NCBI GenBank assembly: GCA_902565955.1
Contig: CACFGR010000003.1
Span: 1 to 40,661 of the forward strand
Source of the DNA: an uncultured Pelagibacteraceae bacterium
Lineage (GTDB): Bacteria; Pseudomonadota; Alphaproteobacteria; Pelagibacterales; AG-422-B15
DNA length: 40,661 bases
Direction of reading: 5' to 3'
Under the pieces are notes generated by a model that worked only from the letters and a program-made list of their open reading frames with translations, ran no database searches and was not told the origin of the DNA. Below, in pieces: positions 8,926 through 18,918 of this stretch; the first letter of the stretch is position 1; every line of letters begins with the position of its first letter. The translations under genes and the position numbers were made by a program.

Positions 8926-8954
8926 ATTATCAATCAATTATGGGAGATTTACAA
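8926..8954 (-). promoter_or_regulatory. Putative sigma70 promoter for tolC-giant protein operon
   Basis: TTGTAA-N17-GATAAT on the minus strand, ~35 bp upstream of the tolC ATG. Confidence 0.55.
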
Positions 8955-9027
8955 TGCTTTTATCTCTAAAAATAAGTAGAAATTGGTGATAAAATATATG
9001 GATATTACTGGTTTTTTTATTAAACGA

Positions 9028-10743
9028 CTAAATATCAGCGTATACGTGAGTTTCTTTTTTGGCTCCTGGATGAGTTACCGCGCCCGAAGCCGCAGAGCCA
9101 ACAGTTTGGCTATATTTCCATAATGTACCCGAATTGAAGTCTGTTTTGCGATCTTTCCATCGCTCTTTTCTTTTAGCCAAATCGCTTTCATTAACATTTA
9201 GGGTTATCTCTCCCTTATCTGCATCGAGAAGAATTTCATCACCATCCTCAATCAATGCGATTGGACCACAGACTGCCGCTTCTGGCGATACATGGCCCAC
9301 GCAAAAACCCCTAGTAGCGCCACTAAACCTACCATCCGTAATTAAAGCAACTTTATCTCCCATCCCTTGTCCATAAATTGCAGCTGTCGTAGATAACATT
9401 TCCCTCATCCCTGGACCTCCTTTGGGACCTTCATATCGTATAACAAAAACATCGCCTTCTTTATAATTATTGTTTTTTACACATTCAAATGCGTCTTCTT
9501 CACAATCAAAGCAGATTGCATTACCTTTAAATTTTAGTTTTTCCATCCCAGCAACTTTTACAATTGCCCCCTCTGGAGCAAGATTCCCCTTTAATCCAAC
9601 AACTCCTCCTGTGGGACTCAAAGGTTTGTTGTATGGTCGTATTACCTTTTGATTAATATTAAATTTTACACTCTCTAAATTTTCAGCAATAGTTTTTCCC
9701 GTCACAGTTAAACAATCGCCATGAATATAACCACCTTCATATAAAGTTTTAATAATTATTGGCACACCTCCAGCCTCATAAACATCTTTAGCTACATATT
9801 GACCGCCCGGTTTCAGATCAGCTAGATACGGAGTACGTTTAAAAATGTCAACAACGTCATCCAGATGAAATTTTATTCCACACTCGTGAGCTATCGCTGG
9901 TAAATGTAGTGCTGCATTTGTAGAGCCACCGGTAGCAGCAACAATAGTTGCGGCATTTTCAAGAGATTTTTTGGTAACTATATCTCTGGGTCTTATATTA
10001 TTTTTAATTAAATACATGACTTGGTTTCCAGACTCGTATGCGTATTTATCTCTTTCTTCATAAGGAGCGGGCGCACCAGAAGAGTATGGAAGCGCTAAAC
10101 CAATTGCTTCTGAAACACACGCCATGGTATTAGCTGTAAATTGACCACCACAAGCACCAGCGCTCGGACAGGCAACGCATTCAAGTTCATGCAGTTCTTC
10201 TTCAGTAGCGTTTCCAGATGAAAATTTGCCAACTGCCTCGAAAACATCAACTACTGTTACATCTTTGCCTTTATACTTTCCAGGTAATATGCTGCCCCCG
10301 TACATAAAAACACTTGGTACATTTAATCTACACATCGCCATCATTAAGCCTGGAAGCGATTTATCACAGCCAGCTAATCCAACAATTGCATCATAACAAT
10401 GACCTCTTACAGTCAGCTCAGTTGAGTCTGCTATTACTTCACGTGACACCAATGATGACTTCATGCCTTGATGACCCATGGCAATGCCATCTGTTACAGT
10501 AATTGTGCAAAATTCGCGCGGCGTTCCCTCTGCCTCAGTAACTCCTTTTTTTACAGATTGTGCTTGGCGCATCAGAGCTATGTTGCATGGTGCAGCCTCA
10601 TTCCATGTAGAAACTACCCCTACAAATGGCTTATTTATGTCATTTTCATCCATTCCCATAGCATAATAATATGATCGATGAGGAGCTCTTTCTGGTCCAA
10701 CTGACACGTGACGACTTGGCAATTTGTTTTTATTAAACTTCAT
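9028..10743 (-). CDS. ilvD: Dihydroxy-acid dehydratase
   Basis: [35 protein letters not shown] and TDGRFSG motifs. Confidence 0.97.
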   Translation of the reverse strand: MKFNKNKLPSRHVSVGPERAPHRSYYYAMGMDENDINKPFVGVVSTWNEAAPCNIALMRQAQSVKKGVTEAEGTPREFCTITVTDGIAMGHQGMKSSLVSREVIADSTELTVRGHCYDAIVGLAGCDKSLPGLMMAMCRLNVPSVFMYGGSILPGKYKGKDVTVVDVFEAVGKFSSGNATEEELHELECVACPSAGACGGQFTANTMACVSEAIGLALPYSSGAPAPYEERDKYAYESGNQVMYLIKNNIRPRDIVTKKSLENAATIVAATGGSTNAALHLPAIAHECGIKFHLDDVVDIFKRTPYLADLKPGGQYVAKDVYEAGGVPIIIKTLYEGGYIHGDCLTVTGKTIAENLESVKFNINQKVIRPYNKPLSPTGGVVGLKGNLAPEGAIVKVAGMEKLKFKGNAICFDCEEDAFECVKNNNYKEGDVFVIRYEGPKGGPGMREMLSTTAAIYGQGMGDKVALITDGRFSGATRGFCVGHVSPEAAVCGPIALIEDGDEILLDADKGEITLNVNESDLAKRKERWKDRKTDFNSGTLWKYSQTVGSAASGAVTHPGAKKETHVYADI

Positions 10744-10746
10744 TGT

Positions 10747-13386
10747 TTACTCAAAATTTTGAATAGTTTTTGTTATTTTATCTTTAGACAATTGGTACTC
10801 TTTTTCTCTTTCTTTTTGTTCTAAGATTATTTCTTCAGGCGCATTATTTAAAAAATTTTTGTCGTTCAACTTGCTGTGTATTTTAGTCAATTCTAGTTCA
10901 GTTTTTTTCAGATTTTTTTGTAGTCTTCTTTTTTCTTCTTCAAAATCAATAATACCCTTAAGTGATAAATATATCAAACCATCATTAAATATGACCTGAA
11001 CCATGCCCTCATCTTTAGAAAATTCTTCTTTTTCAAATGAGTCAGATCTTGTAAGTGAAATAATTATTTCTTTGTTTTTTTCAATTATTTCCTCTAAATC
11101 AGAACTAACATTTGAATAGCTTATTTTAATTTTGGACTTAGCGGGCACATTTAGCTCAGCCCTTGTAGACCTAATTGATGATATCAAATTTATAAATAAA
11201 GTTACTTTCTCACTATTATTAGGTTCAAAATCTAATTTCTGCGGCCACTGAGATCGGCTAATTCTCTGAGACCCTTTCTCTAAGATATTTGTTGCTTTAT
11301 CCCAAACATGTTCTGTAAAAAAGGGCATAATTGGGTGAAGCATGACTAAAATTTTTGAAAGCACGAATGAGGTAATTTGTTTGGTCTCATTAATTATTAT
11401 TTTATCATTTGAAGAATATATAATTTTTGTAATTTCGAGGTACCAATCACAAAATATACTCCACGTGAACTTATAAAGAGCATTTGCCGCTTCATTAAAC
11501 TTATAGTCTTTAATTGATTGTTCTGTTTTTTTTCTGCAAATTTCAAGTTCATTTAAAATCCACAAATTAAATATATTTTGGGTGTTTTTGATTTCAAAAT
11601 CTTCGTAAAGACATTCATTCATTTCACATAACTTTACTGCATTCCAAACCTTAGTAATAAAATTTCTATAGCCTTCAACTCTCTGCTTTGAAAGTTTTAT
11701 GTCTCTACCTTGAGCAGCCATTGAACAAAGAGTCATTCTTAAAGAGTCTGCGCCAAACTCATCCATCAATATTAAAGGGTCTATTACATTTCCTTTTGAC
11801 TTAGACATTTTCTGTCCTTTTTCATCTCTCACTAAAGCATGAACATACACTTCACTGAATGGGACTTTATTTGTAAAATATAAACCCATCATCATCATGC
11901 GAGCGACCCAAAAAAATATAATATCGAAACCGGTTACTAGAGTTGATGTGGGATAAAATTTTTCAAACTCTGGCGTTTCATCAGGCCATCCTAGAGTAGA
12001 AAAAGGCCATAAAGCTGAAGAAAACCATGTATCAAGAACATCTTCATCTTGAACAAGTTTTACATCTTTTTTGTACTTTTCCCTGGCTATCTTGTGAGCA
12101 TCATCTGAATTTTCAGCGACAAAAATTTCTCCATCTGGCCCATACCAAGCCGGTATTTGATGACCCCATATCAATTGTCTTGAAATGCACCAAGGTTGAA
12201 TATTTTCCATCCAATCAAAATATGTTTTCTCCCAATTTTGAGGAACAAATATTGTTTCTTTTGTTTTTACCTTATCGATTGCATTTAAAGACAATTTTTT
12301 TGCATTTACAAACCATTGATCTGTAAGCCATGGCTCCACCACTTCACCCGATCTATCTCCATATGGTACAGTATGAATATTTTCTTCAACTTTATTTAGG
12401 GCTCCAATAGTTTCTAATTCATTAACAATTTTCTCCCTTGCTTTAAAGCGATCAAGATTTTGATATTCGGTTGGGCAGTTTTCATTAAGCTCAGCATTCT
12501 CATTAAAAATATTTATTACTTCAAGATTATGTCTTTTTCCTATGTCATAATCATTAAAATCATGAGCTGGAGTTATTTTAACAGCACCAGAGCCTTGATC
12601 CACTTTTACATACTCATCAGCAATAATAATAATTTTTTTATTAATGATGGGAATATATGCATACTTACCTACAAAATCTTTGAACCTTTCGTCTTCAGGA
12701 TGAACAGCAATTGCCGTATCTCCAAGCATTGTTTCGGGTCGAGTTGTTGCAATTGTAATTATCTTATCTTCATTTTCTAATTTGTAGTCTATATACCAGA
12801 GCGAACCTTTTACTTCTTTTTGGATCACTTCTAAATCTGAAATAGTGGTTTTTAATTTTGGGTCCCAGTTACTTAATCTTTTATCTTTATAAATAAGTTT
12901 ATCATTATATAATTTGACGAATACAAATCTTACTGCTTTTGACAAACCTTCGTCCAGAGTAAACCTTTCTCTAGACCAATCACATGAACAACCTAATCTT
13001 TTTAATTGATTAATAATTTCATTACCAGATTGATTTTTCCATTCCCATACATGTTCTATAAACTGTTCACGAGATAAATCTTTTTTATTTATGTCTCTTT
13101 TTTTTAGTTCTCTTTCAACAACCATTTCTGTCGCGATACCAGCATGGTCTGTACCAGGCTGCCACAAAACACTTTTGCCCTGCATTCTATAAAACCTAAC
13201 CAAGATATCCTGGAGAGTATTATTTAGAGCATGGCCCATATGAAGTGTTCCTGTAACATTTGGAGGAGGGATCACTATGCAGTAAGCGTCACTTGAAGAC
13301 TCTAAAGGTTTAAAATCTCGACCATTTTCCCATGTTTTATAAATTTTATCTTCAACAAGACTTGGTTGATAATATTTTTCCAACAT
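10747..13386 (-). CDS. valS: Valine--tRNA ligase
   Basis: PPPNVTGTLHMGH, GTDHAGIAT, WCISRQL, KMSKS and a C-terminal coiled coil. Confidence 0.98.
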   Translation of the reverse strand: MLEKYYQPSLVEDKIYKTWENGRDFKPLESSSDAYCIVIPPPNVTGTLHMGHALNNTLQDILVRFYRMQGKSVLWQPGTDHAGIATEMVVERELKKRDINKKDLSREQFIEHVWEWKNQSGNEIINQLKRLGCSCDWSRERFTLDEGLSKAVRFVFVKLYNDKLIYKDKRLSNWDPKLKTTISDLEVIQKEVKGSLWYIDYKLENEDKIITIATTRPETMLGDTAIAVHPEDERFKDFVGKYAYIPIINKKIIIIADEYVKVDQGSGAVKITPAHDFNDYDIGKRHNLEVINIFNENAELNENCPTEYQNLDRFKAREKIVNELETIGALNKVEENIHTVPYGDRSGEVVEPWLTDQWFVNAKKLSLNAIDKVKTKETIFVPQNWEKTYFDWMENIQPWCISRQLIWGHQIPAWYGPDGEIFVAENSDDAHKIAREKYKKDVKLVQDEDVLDTWFSSALWPFSTLGWPDETPEFEKFYPTSTLVTGFDIIFFWVARMMMMGLYFTNKVPFSEVYVHALVRDEKGQKMSKSKGNVIDPLILMDEFGADSLRMTLCSMAAQGRDIKLSKQRVEGYRNFITKVWNAVKLCEMNECLYEDFEIKNTQNIFNLWILNELEICRKKTEQSIKDYKFNEAANALYKFTWSIFCDWYLEITKIIYSSNDKIIINETKQITSFVLSKILVMLHPIMPFFTEHVWDKATNILEKGSQRISRSQWPQKLDFEPNNSEKVTLFINLISSIRSTRAELNVPAKSKIKISYSNVSSDLEEIIEKNKEIIISLTRSDSFEKEEFSKDEGMVQVIFNDGLIYLSLKGIIDFEEEKRRLQKNLKKTELELTKIHSKLNDKNFLNNAPEEIILEQKEREKEYQLSKDKITKTIQNFE

Positions 13387-13793
13387 TAGTTTTTTTTGTT
13401 TTCTGTGCTAATGATGATTTTTGATGAATTTAATCTCTCTTGTATAATTTTTGTTAGCTCTTCATTAATGATTTGATCTAACTTTGACTGCGGCAATGAA
13501 GCTACTGCATCACGTACCGCCTTTTTTATTTGCTCCTCATTTACTGTATCTGCAATACTAATATCTAATTTAGATCTTTCCTCTTCAAAATTTTTTATTT
13601 TCTTATCATTAATTGGATCAGATAATTCAAGTATATCTATCTTCTCATCTTCTTTTTTTACCTCTTCATCAATTGGATTTGTGAGCTCAATTACATCTTT
13701 AGGCAGTCCTTCATCCTGACGTACAGATTTTTCGGACATCATATTTTTGATAGCGTCTAGTATCTCTTCTGTATTTGAACTATTTTTATTCAT
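13386..13793 (-). CDS. popZ: PopZ-like polar organizing protein (DUF2497-like)
   Basis: N-terminal TEEILDAIKNMMSE resembles PopZ MEEILASIRRIISE; DVIELT/DILELS motifs, acidic linker and helical C-terminus; sits between pcm and valS as in other alphaproteobacteria. Confidence 0.65.
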   Translation of the reverse strand: MNKNSSNTEEILDAIKNMMSEKSVRQDEGLPKDVIELTNPIDEEVKKEDEKIDILELSDPINDKKIKNFEEERSKLDISIADTVNEEQIKKAVRDAVASLPQSKLDQIINEELTKIIQERLNSSKIIISTENKKN

Positions 13794-13819
13794 TTTAATA
13801 CTTTTATAGCGATAAGTAG

Positions 13820-14470
13820 TTAGAAACTAAAGCTATTTTTTTTAATGAACATGCTTAAAACCGGTATTGAGCAGTTAAATAACTTTTGTTCACTAATTGA
13901 ACGCCCATTCTTTTTGAATAATTTGGCTGAACAGATTTCTCCTTCTTGAACAATAGCAAAAAGCCTTCCTTCTTCATCTAATTGATCAATTATATTTAGT
14001 GGAACTTCTTGTATAGCACCTTCAATTATAATTGCATTAAAAGGTGATTGTTCGTTATATCCTTTCACAATTTCATTCTTAATGAAGACAACATTATTTA
14101 TATTGTTTTTTTTTATTGCATTTTCAGAATTATTAAGAAGCTGCTCATTTTCTTCAACAACGATCACTGTTTCCGCTTGATTAGATAAAATTGCACTTAG
14201 ATAACCGGTAGTTGCTCCTAATATCAAAACGTTCTCGTTAGCTTTCAAGTTTATGCTTAGAGCTATTTGGGCGATAAGGCTTGGCTTCAAAATTGTCCTT
14301 TTATCCTTTAATATGATATTTTTTTCAACATATGACATTTCTTTCATAGCCTCGGGCATAAAGTCATTTCTATCAAGGGAATAAAAAACGGAAAGCAGTT
14401 CCTCACTCATGCCATTTATTGGCTTTATTTGTCCTTCAATCATATTTTTATTGAGTATTTCTTCTGCCAT
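13820..14470 (-). CDS. pcm: Protein-L-isoaspartate O-methyltransferase family protein
   Basis: NMIEGQIKP, VLILGATTGYLSAIL, PFNAIIIEGA, QLDEEGRL; conserved position upstream of popZ/valS. Confidence 0.88.
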   Translation of the reverse strand: MAEEILNKNMIEGQIKPINGMSEELLSVFYSLDRNDFMPEAMKEMSYVEKNIILKDKRTILKPSLIAQIALSINLKANENVLILGATTGYLSAILSNQAETVIVVEENEQLLNNSENAIKKNNINNVVFIKNEIVKGYNEQSPFNAIIIEGAIQEVPLNIIDQLDEEGRLFAIVQEGEICSAKLFKKNGRSISEQKLFNCSIPVLSMFIKKNSFSF

Positions 14471-14564
14471 AATCTTATTGATACGTTTATATAGTATATG
14501 ATTACTTACTTTTCAAAAGTATTCACTTTTTGTGATTATTAATGATATATAAAACTTGCATTTA

Positions 14565-14638
14565 GGCCACGTGGCGGAATGGTTACGCAGAGGACTGCAA
14601 ATCCTTGTATACCGGTTCGATTCCGGTCGTGGCCTCCA
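14565..14638 (+). tRNA. tRNA-Cys(GCA)
   Basis: GGCCACG...CGTGGCC-T-CCA acceptor stem, anticodon loop CT-GCA-AA, GGTTCGATTCC T-loop. Confidence 0.97.
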
Positions 14639-14645
14639 TTCATTA

Positions 14646-15671
14646 TTAAATTAGATGCTTTTTAAGCGATTGAATAATTCTATCTGCTTGATCATCACGT
14701 ATCCATGAATGAAAACTTTTTATCATTGTAGGTGAAAAATTTGGTAACAATTGATTGAGTTTACTTTTCATTGACCTTATCGATGCACCTTTTTCATGCG
14801 AAGCAAGATAAGCGATGTAAGATTGTGGATATTCTGGTTGCAATCTTATTAATTTTTCTGAATATTTTTGTGCATCCTTCATTTTTTCGTCGATAAAGTT
14901 GAATCTCCAAAGCTCAAAATATGTTCTCCATTGCCCATAAATATCCTCGTATAATTCAAGTGCTCTGTCCATCTCTTGATATGCTCTCTTTTTCTCATCG
15001 ATCTGAAATAAAGATGAGCCAAATAATCGACGTCCATGTGCAAACTTCTTATTTAACTTGATTGAGTTATAAGAGTGGTTCAAGGCAAGGTCAAAATTAC
15101 CACCATAATAATATGATAACCCAAAAGCAAATTGACAAAGAAAATTATTTTCATTTAATGAAACTGAACTTCTTGCAAGATTTAAAAGTGTTTTTCTAAC
15201 TTTGTTTGGATCTCTTACATTAAACATCCAGAGTTTATCGGCGTAGGACATGGCAATTTTTGAAATAGTAATTGCCAAGTCTTCTTTTGGTATCGAGCTA
15301 CTAAGTTTGTCGTATGAATTTTTTGATAATAAAAATCTAATTGTTCTTTTATCTTTTTGGTTTTTTGATTTTCTTATTACTCCATTTTCCTCAAGATATT
15401 TTAACCTTCTCCAAAGAGTTCTCTCTGGAGACTGAGTAAAATATTGAATGTCATAGAATGAAAGACCTTTATAAAAATTCACATAAAGTCTAAATACAAT
15501 CTCTAAATCCAATAAACTTGTAAGCGCTAGTGATTTAAGTACTTTAAATAACCCCCCGTATAAAAAGCTAAATACAGCCTCATCAAGTAAATTTACATTT
15601 TTAGATACTTGATCACTTCTTCCAAATCCAAATTCATAAATATTGTCTTTTTGTACTGTCATTGAGAACAT
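14646..15671 (-). CDS. MarR-like winged-helix plus TPR-repeat protein
   Basis: TLWRRLKYLEENGVIRKSKNQKDKRTIRFLLS is a MarR-type helix and wing; C-terminal half has TPR-like units (FGLSYYYGGNFDLALNHSYNSIKLN; AYQEMDRALEL). Confidence 0.65.
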   Translation of the reverse strand: MFSMTVQKDNIYEFGFGRSDQVSKNVNLLDEAVFSFLYGGLFKVLKSLALTSLLDLEIVFRLYVNFYKGLSFYDIQYFTQSPERTLWRRLKYLEENGVIRKSKNQKDKRTIRFLLSKNSYDKLSSSIPKEDLAITISKIAMSYADKLWMFNVRDPNKVRKTLLNLARSSVSLNENNFLCQFAFGLSYYYGGNFDLALNHSYNSIKLNKKFAHGRRLFGSSLFQIDEKKRAYQEMDRALELYEDIYGQWRTYFELWRFNFIDEKMKDAQKYSEKLIRLQPEYPQSYIAYLASHEKGASIRSMKSKLNQLLPNFSPTMIKSFHSWIRDDQADRIIQSLKKHLI

Positions 15672-15737
15672 TTATATCTTTCTTATCAAAGTAAAACTAG
15701 ATATAAACTTTATCTTTTGTTATAAGAAATTACATAA

Positions 15738-15813
15738 TCCCCGGTAGCTCAGTTGGTAGAGCAAGCGGCTGTTAACCGCTTTGTCACTGGTTCGAGTCCA
15801 GTCCGGGGAGCCA
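15738..15813 (+). tRNA. tRNA-Asn(GTT)
   Basis: TCCCCGG...CCGGGGA-G-CCA, anticodon loop CT-GTT-AA, GGTTCGAGTCC. Confidence 0.97.
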
Positions 15814-15815
15814 AA

Positions 15816-16553
15816 TTATAAAATTTGGCTTAAGAATGTTTTAGTTCGCTCACTTTCAGGGTTATCAAAAAAGTCTTTTGGATTTTTTGCTTCTACGATT
15901 TGTCCCTCATCCATGAAAATAATGCTATCAGCAACCTCTTTGGCGAATCCCATTTCGTGTGTAACAACAATCATTGTCATGCCGCCTTGAGCGAGGCCAA
16001 CCATCACATCTAATACTTCTTTAATCATCTCAGGATCAAGAGCTGAAGTGGGTTCATCAAAAAGCATAATTCTAGGCTCCATACAAAGTGCTCTCGCTAT
16101 TGCTGCTCTCTGCTGTTGGCCTCCAGACAACTGAGCTGGATACTTGTGTGCCTGATCATCTATTTGAACTCGTTTTAAATATTCCATAGCCTTTTCTTTA
16201 GCTTCAGCTTTTGGTAGCTTTCGAACCCATATAGGTGCAAGCGAACAATTATCTAATATGGATAAATGTGGAAATAGATTAAATTGTTGGAATACCATTC
16301 CAACTTCTCCACGAATTCTCTCAATACTTCTGCTGTCATTAGTCAGCTCTGTGCCTTCAACTATAATATTGCCTCGTTGATGTTCCTCTAATCTATTGAT
16401 GCATCTGATAAGTGTTGATTTTCCAGATCCGGATGGACCACAAATAACAATCTTTTCCCCTTTGTTAATTTCAAGATTAATATCATTCAGCACGTGTAGT
16501 TCACCAAACCATTTGTGAACATTTTTCATTTCTATCATTAATTCAGAACTCAT
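15816..16553 (-). CDS. aapP: General L-amino acid ABC transporter ATP-binding protein
   Basis: [30 protein letters not shown]; last gene of the aap operon. Confidence 0.93.
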   Translation of the reverse strand: MSSELMIEMKNVHKWFGELHVLNDINLEINKGEKIVICGPSGSGKSTLIRCINRLEEHQRGNIIVEGTELTNDSRSIERIRGEVGMVFQQFNLFPHLSILDNCSLAPIWVRKLPKAEAKEKAMEYLKRVQIDDQAHKYPAQLSGGQQQRAAIARALCMEPRIMLFDEPTSALDPEMIKEVLDVMVGLAQGGMTMIVVTHEMGFAKEVADSIIFMDEGQIVEAKNPKDFFDNPESERTKTFLSQIL

Positions 16554-16555
16554 AC

Positions 16556-17638
16556 TTATCTTCCTGTATCTAATTTCTTTTCCAGTCGTTGACTATACCA
16601 ACTCATAGCATAACAAAAAACCCAAAATACTGCAGCAGCAAAAACATATCCCTCATGAGAAAAGCCTAACCAATCAGGATTTGTTCCAACAAATTGAATA
16701 ATACCAAGAAAATCAAACAAACCTATAACTAAAACCAGGGTTGTATCCTTAAATATTGCTATAAAGCTTCCTATGATTGCTGGTATAACCATTTTAAGTG
16801 ACTGAGGTAAAATTACTAATGCCATCATTCTCCAGTAGGTTAACCCAACTGCTTGTGATGCTTCGTACTGACCCTTTGGCATTGCCTGCAAACCGCCTCT
16901 CACAACTTCAGCTAAATATGCAGCTGAAAAAAACATAACTCCAATCAATGCTCGAATTAATTTATCAAAGTTGACCCCCTCGGGCATGAAAAGTGGAAAC
17001 ATATTTGAGGCCATAAATAAAACTGTTATAAGCGGAACACCTCTCCAAATTTCAATAAAGATTGTACATAAAATTGAAACTACCGGCAGCTTAGACCTTC
17101 TGCCAAGAGCTAGCATTACTCCAATTGGTAGAGATAATACAATTCCGACTCCAGCAATAACTAGTGTTAAAAATAAACCACCCCACAAACGTGTTTCAAC
17201 TGCTTCAAGGCCAAGACCACCTGACAACATAATCACACAAATGATTGGGAAAATTATAAGCAGAAAAGCACCTACCCAGCCTTTGTGCTTAAGATTAGGA
17301 ATGAGTAGATATACTCCTGATATTAATAGAATAAGATAGACAAAATTTATTCTCCATAATTCTTCAGTTGGGTATAGTCCATAAAATATAAGCTTGATAT
17401 TTTGTTGAATAAATATCCAGCATGCTCCTTCGTTTGTACAGTCATCTCGGGTCGAGCCAACAAAATTTGCATCTAAAAATATCCAGTTCACTAGTGGAGG
17501 GATTAGATTGTAAAGCAGGTATAAGCCAAAAATTGTAAGTAAAGAATTATACCAATTAGAAAAAAGGTTTTTTCTAAGCCATCCCATTGCTCCTAACTCG
17601 ATAACTGGAGGTCCCATCTCTTTGTTGGCAGCACTCAT
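16556..17638 (-). CDS. aapM: General L-amino acid ABC transporter permease
   Basis: [33 protein letters not shown] motifs. Confidence 0.92.
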   Translation of the reverse strand: MSAANKEMGPPVIELGAMGWLRKNLFSNWYNSLLTIFGLYLLYNLIPPLVNWIFLDANFVGSTRDDCTNEGACWIFIQQNIKLIFYGLYPTEELWRINFVYLILLISGVYLLIPNLKHKGWVGAFLLIIFPIICVIMLSGGLGLEAVETRLWGGLFLTLVIAGVGIVLSLPIGVMLALGRRSKLPVVSILCTIFIEIWRGVPLITVLFMASNMFPLFMPEGVNFDKLIRALIGVMFFSAAYLAEVVRGGLQAMPKGQYEASQAVGLTYWRMMALVILPQSLKMVIPAIIGSFIAIFKDTTLVLVIGLFDFLGIIQFVGTNPDWLGFSHEGYVFAAAVFWVFCYAMSWYSQRLEKKLDTGR

Positions 17639-18817
17639 TTATCTTTCACCATCAACTTTCATAAATCTGTTAAATAAATTCATAATTAAAGATGTGAAAA
17701 GGCTTAAAAATAGATATACACCCATCACCATTCCAATAATTTCAATTGCTTGACCAGTTTGCATTAATGCCGTTCCAGCAAATACCAAAACGAGATCAGG
17801 ATATGCAATAGCAGCTGCCAAGGAAGAGTTTTTAGTTAAGTTTAAATATTGATTAGTTAATGGCGGTACAATAACTCGCAAAGCCTGAGGAATTATAATT
17901 AGACGAAGTATTAGATTTTGTTTTAGACCAACAGATTTTGCAGCTTCTGTTTGACCTTTCGACACCGCCATGATGCCGCCTCGGACCACCTCTGCAATAA
18001 ATGAAGCTGTGTACATGGCTAACGCAAAAGTTAGAGCAACTAATTCAGGTATTAACTTTACGCCACCTTTAAAATTAAAACCTTTTAACTCCGGGTATTC
18101 AAAAGAAACTGGAAAACCAGTTGCAGCTAAACTAATAAAGAATGTGCCTAAGATTAATGCAGTTGATACATAGAAGGCAGGGAATCTCTCTCCAGTTCTA
18201 TTTTGTCTACGTTTTGCCCAAATGAATATTCCAATTGAAATTATTATTGTTAGCCAAAGTAAGTAAAATATTATTGAAGATCCCTCACCGAATACAGTGT
18301 CAGGTATAAACAAACCTCTGTTATTTAGAAAAAATGAATCGTAAAGCTCTAAACTTTGCTTAGGTTTTGGAAGTGCCCTTAAAACAGCAAAGTACCAAAA
18401 AAATATTTGAAGAAGTAATGGGATATTTCTAAGAATCTCAACATAAGCCTCTGCGATCTTTGCAATCAGCCAATTAGATGATAACCGCATGATACCTACT
18501 GTAAATCCGATTATTGTTGCAAAAAGAATTCCTATTCCTGCAACCAGCAGGGTATTCAATAAACCAACAATAAATGAGTCAAAATAAGTAGATGTTGGAG
18601 AGTACTCTATAAGAGTCATGCCTATATCAAATTGAGACTCAACCCCAAGAAAATGAAAACCGCTTGCTAAGCCCCGTTCCAACATATTGCGAGCTGTGTT
18701 AGTAACAATGTAGTAAATACCAAGAGCTACTAACCCTAATGTGATAAGCTGATAGAAGACTCCTTGAACACTTCTATTAAATAGAAAGCTTCCTAATTTT
18801 GATCTATCCGTCTCCAT
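17639..18817 (-). CDS. aapQ: General L-amino acid ABC transporter permease
   Basis: GLLNTLLVA, RNIPLLLQIFFWY, QYLNLTKNSSLA motifs. Confidence 0.92.
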   Translation of the reverse strand: METDRSKLGSFLFNRSVQGVFYQLITLGLVALGIYYIVTNTARNMLERGLASGFHFLGVESQFDIGMTLIEYSPTSTYFDSFIVGLLNTLLVAGIGILFATIIGFTVGIMRLSSNWLIAKIAEAYVEILRNIPLLLQIFFWYFAVLRALPKPKQSLELYDSFFLNNRGLFIPDTVFGEGSSIIFYLLWLTIIISIGIFIWAKRRQNRTGERFPAFYVSTALILGTFFISLAATGFPVSFEYPELKGFNFKGGVKLIPELVALTFALAMYTASFIAEVVRGGIMAVSKGQTEAAKSVGLKQNLILRLIIIPQALRVIVPPLTNQYLNLTKNSSLAAAIAYPDLVLVFAGTALMQTGQAIEIIGMVMGVYLFLSLFTSLIMNLFNRFMKVDGER

Positions 18818-18858
18818 AACCGCTAAAAACTATATATTGATTTGAATTATTTACACAT

Positions 18859-18886
18859 AAAAAAGGGGGCCTAGTGGCCCCCCTTT
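18859..18886 (-). terminator. Intrinsic terminator or stabilising hairpin after aapJ
   Basis: GGGGGCC-ACTA-GGCCCCC followed by TTTTTT on the minus strand. Confidence 0.85.
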
Positions 18887-18918
18887 AAAGTGATCTTTGC
18901 TAGAAATTACTTCAACTT

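Noticed and set aside
8892-8933. Longer tolC N-terminus from the ORF track
   Set aside because: Overlaps the predicted -10 box; the RBS and signal peptide fit ATG 8891
15781-15990. + strand 69-aa ORF
   Set aside because: Overlaps tRNA-Asn and is antisense to aapP
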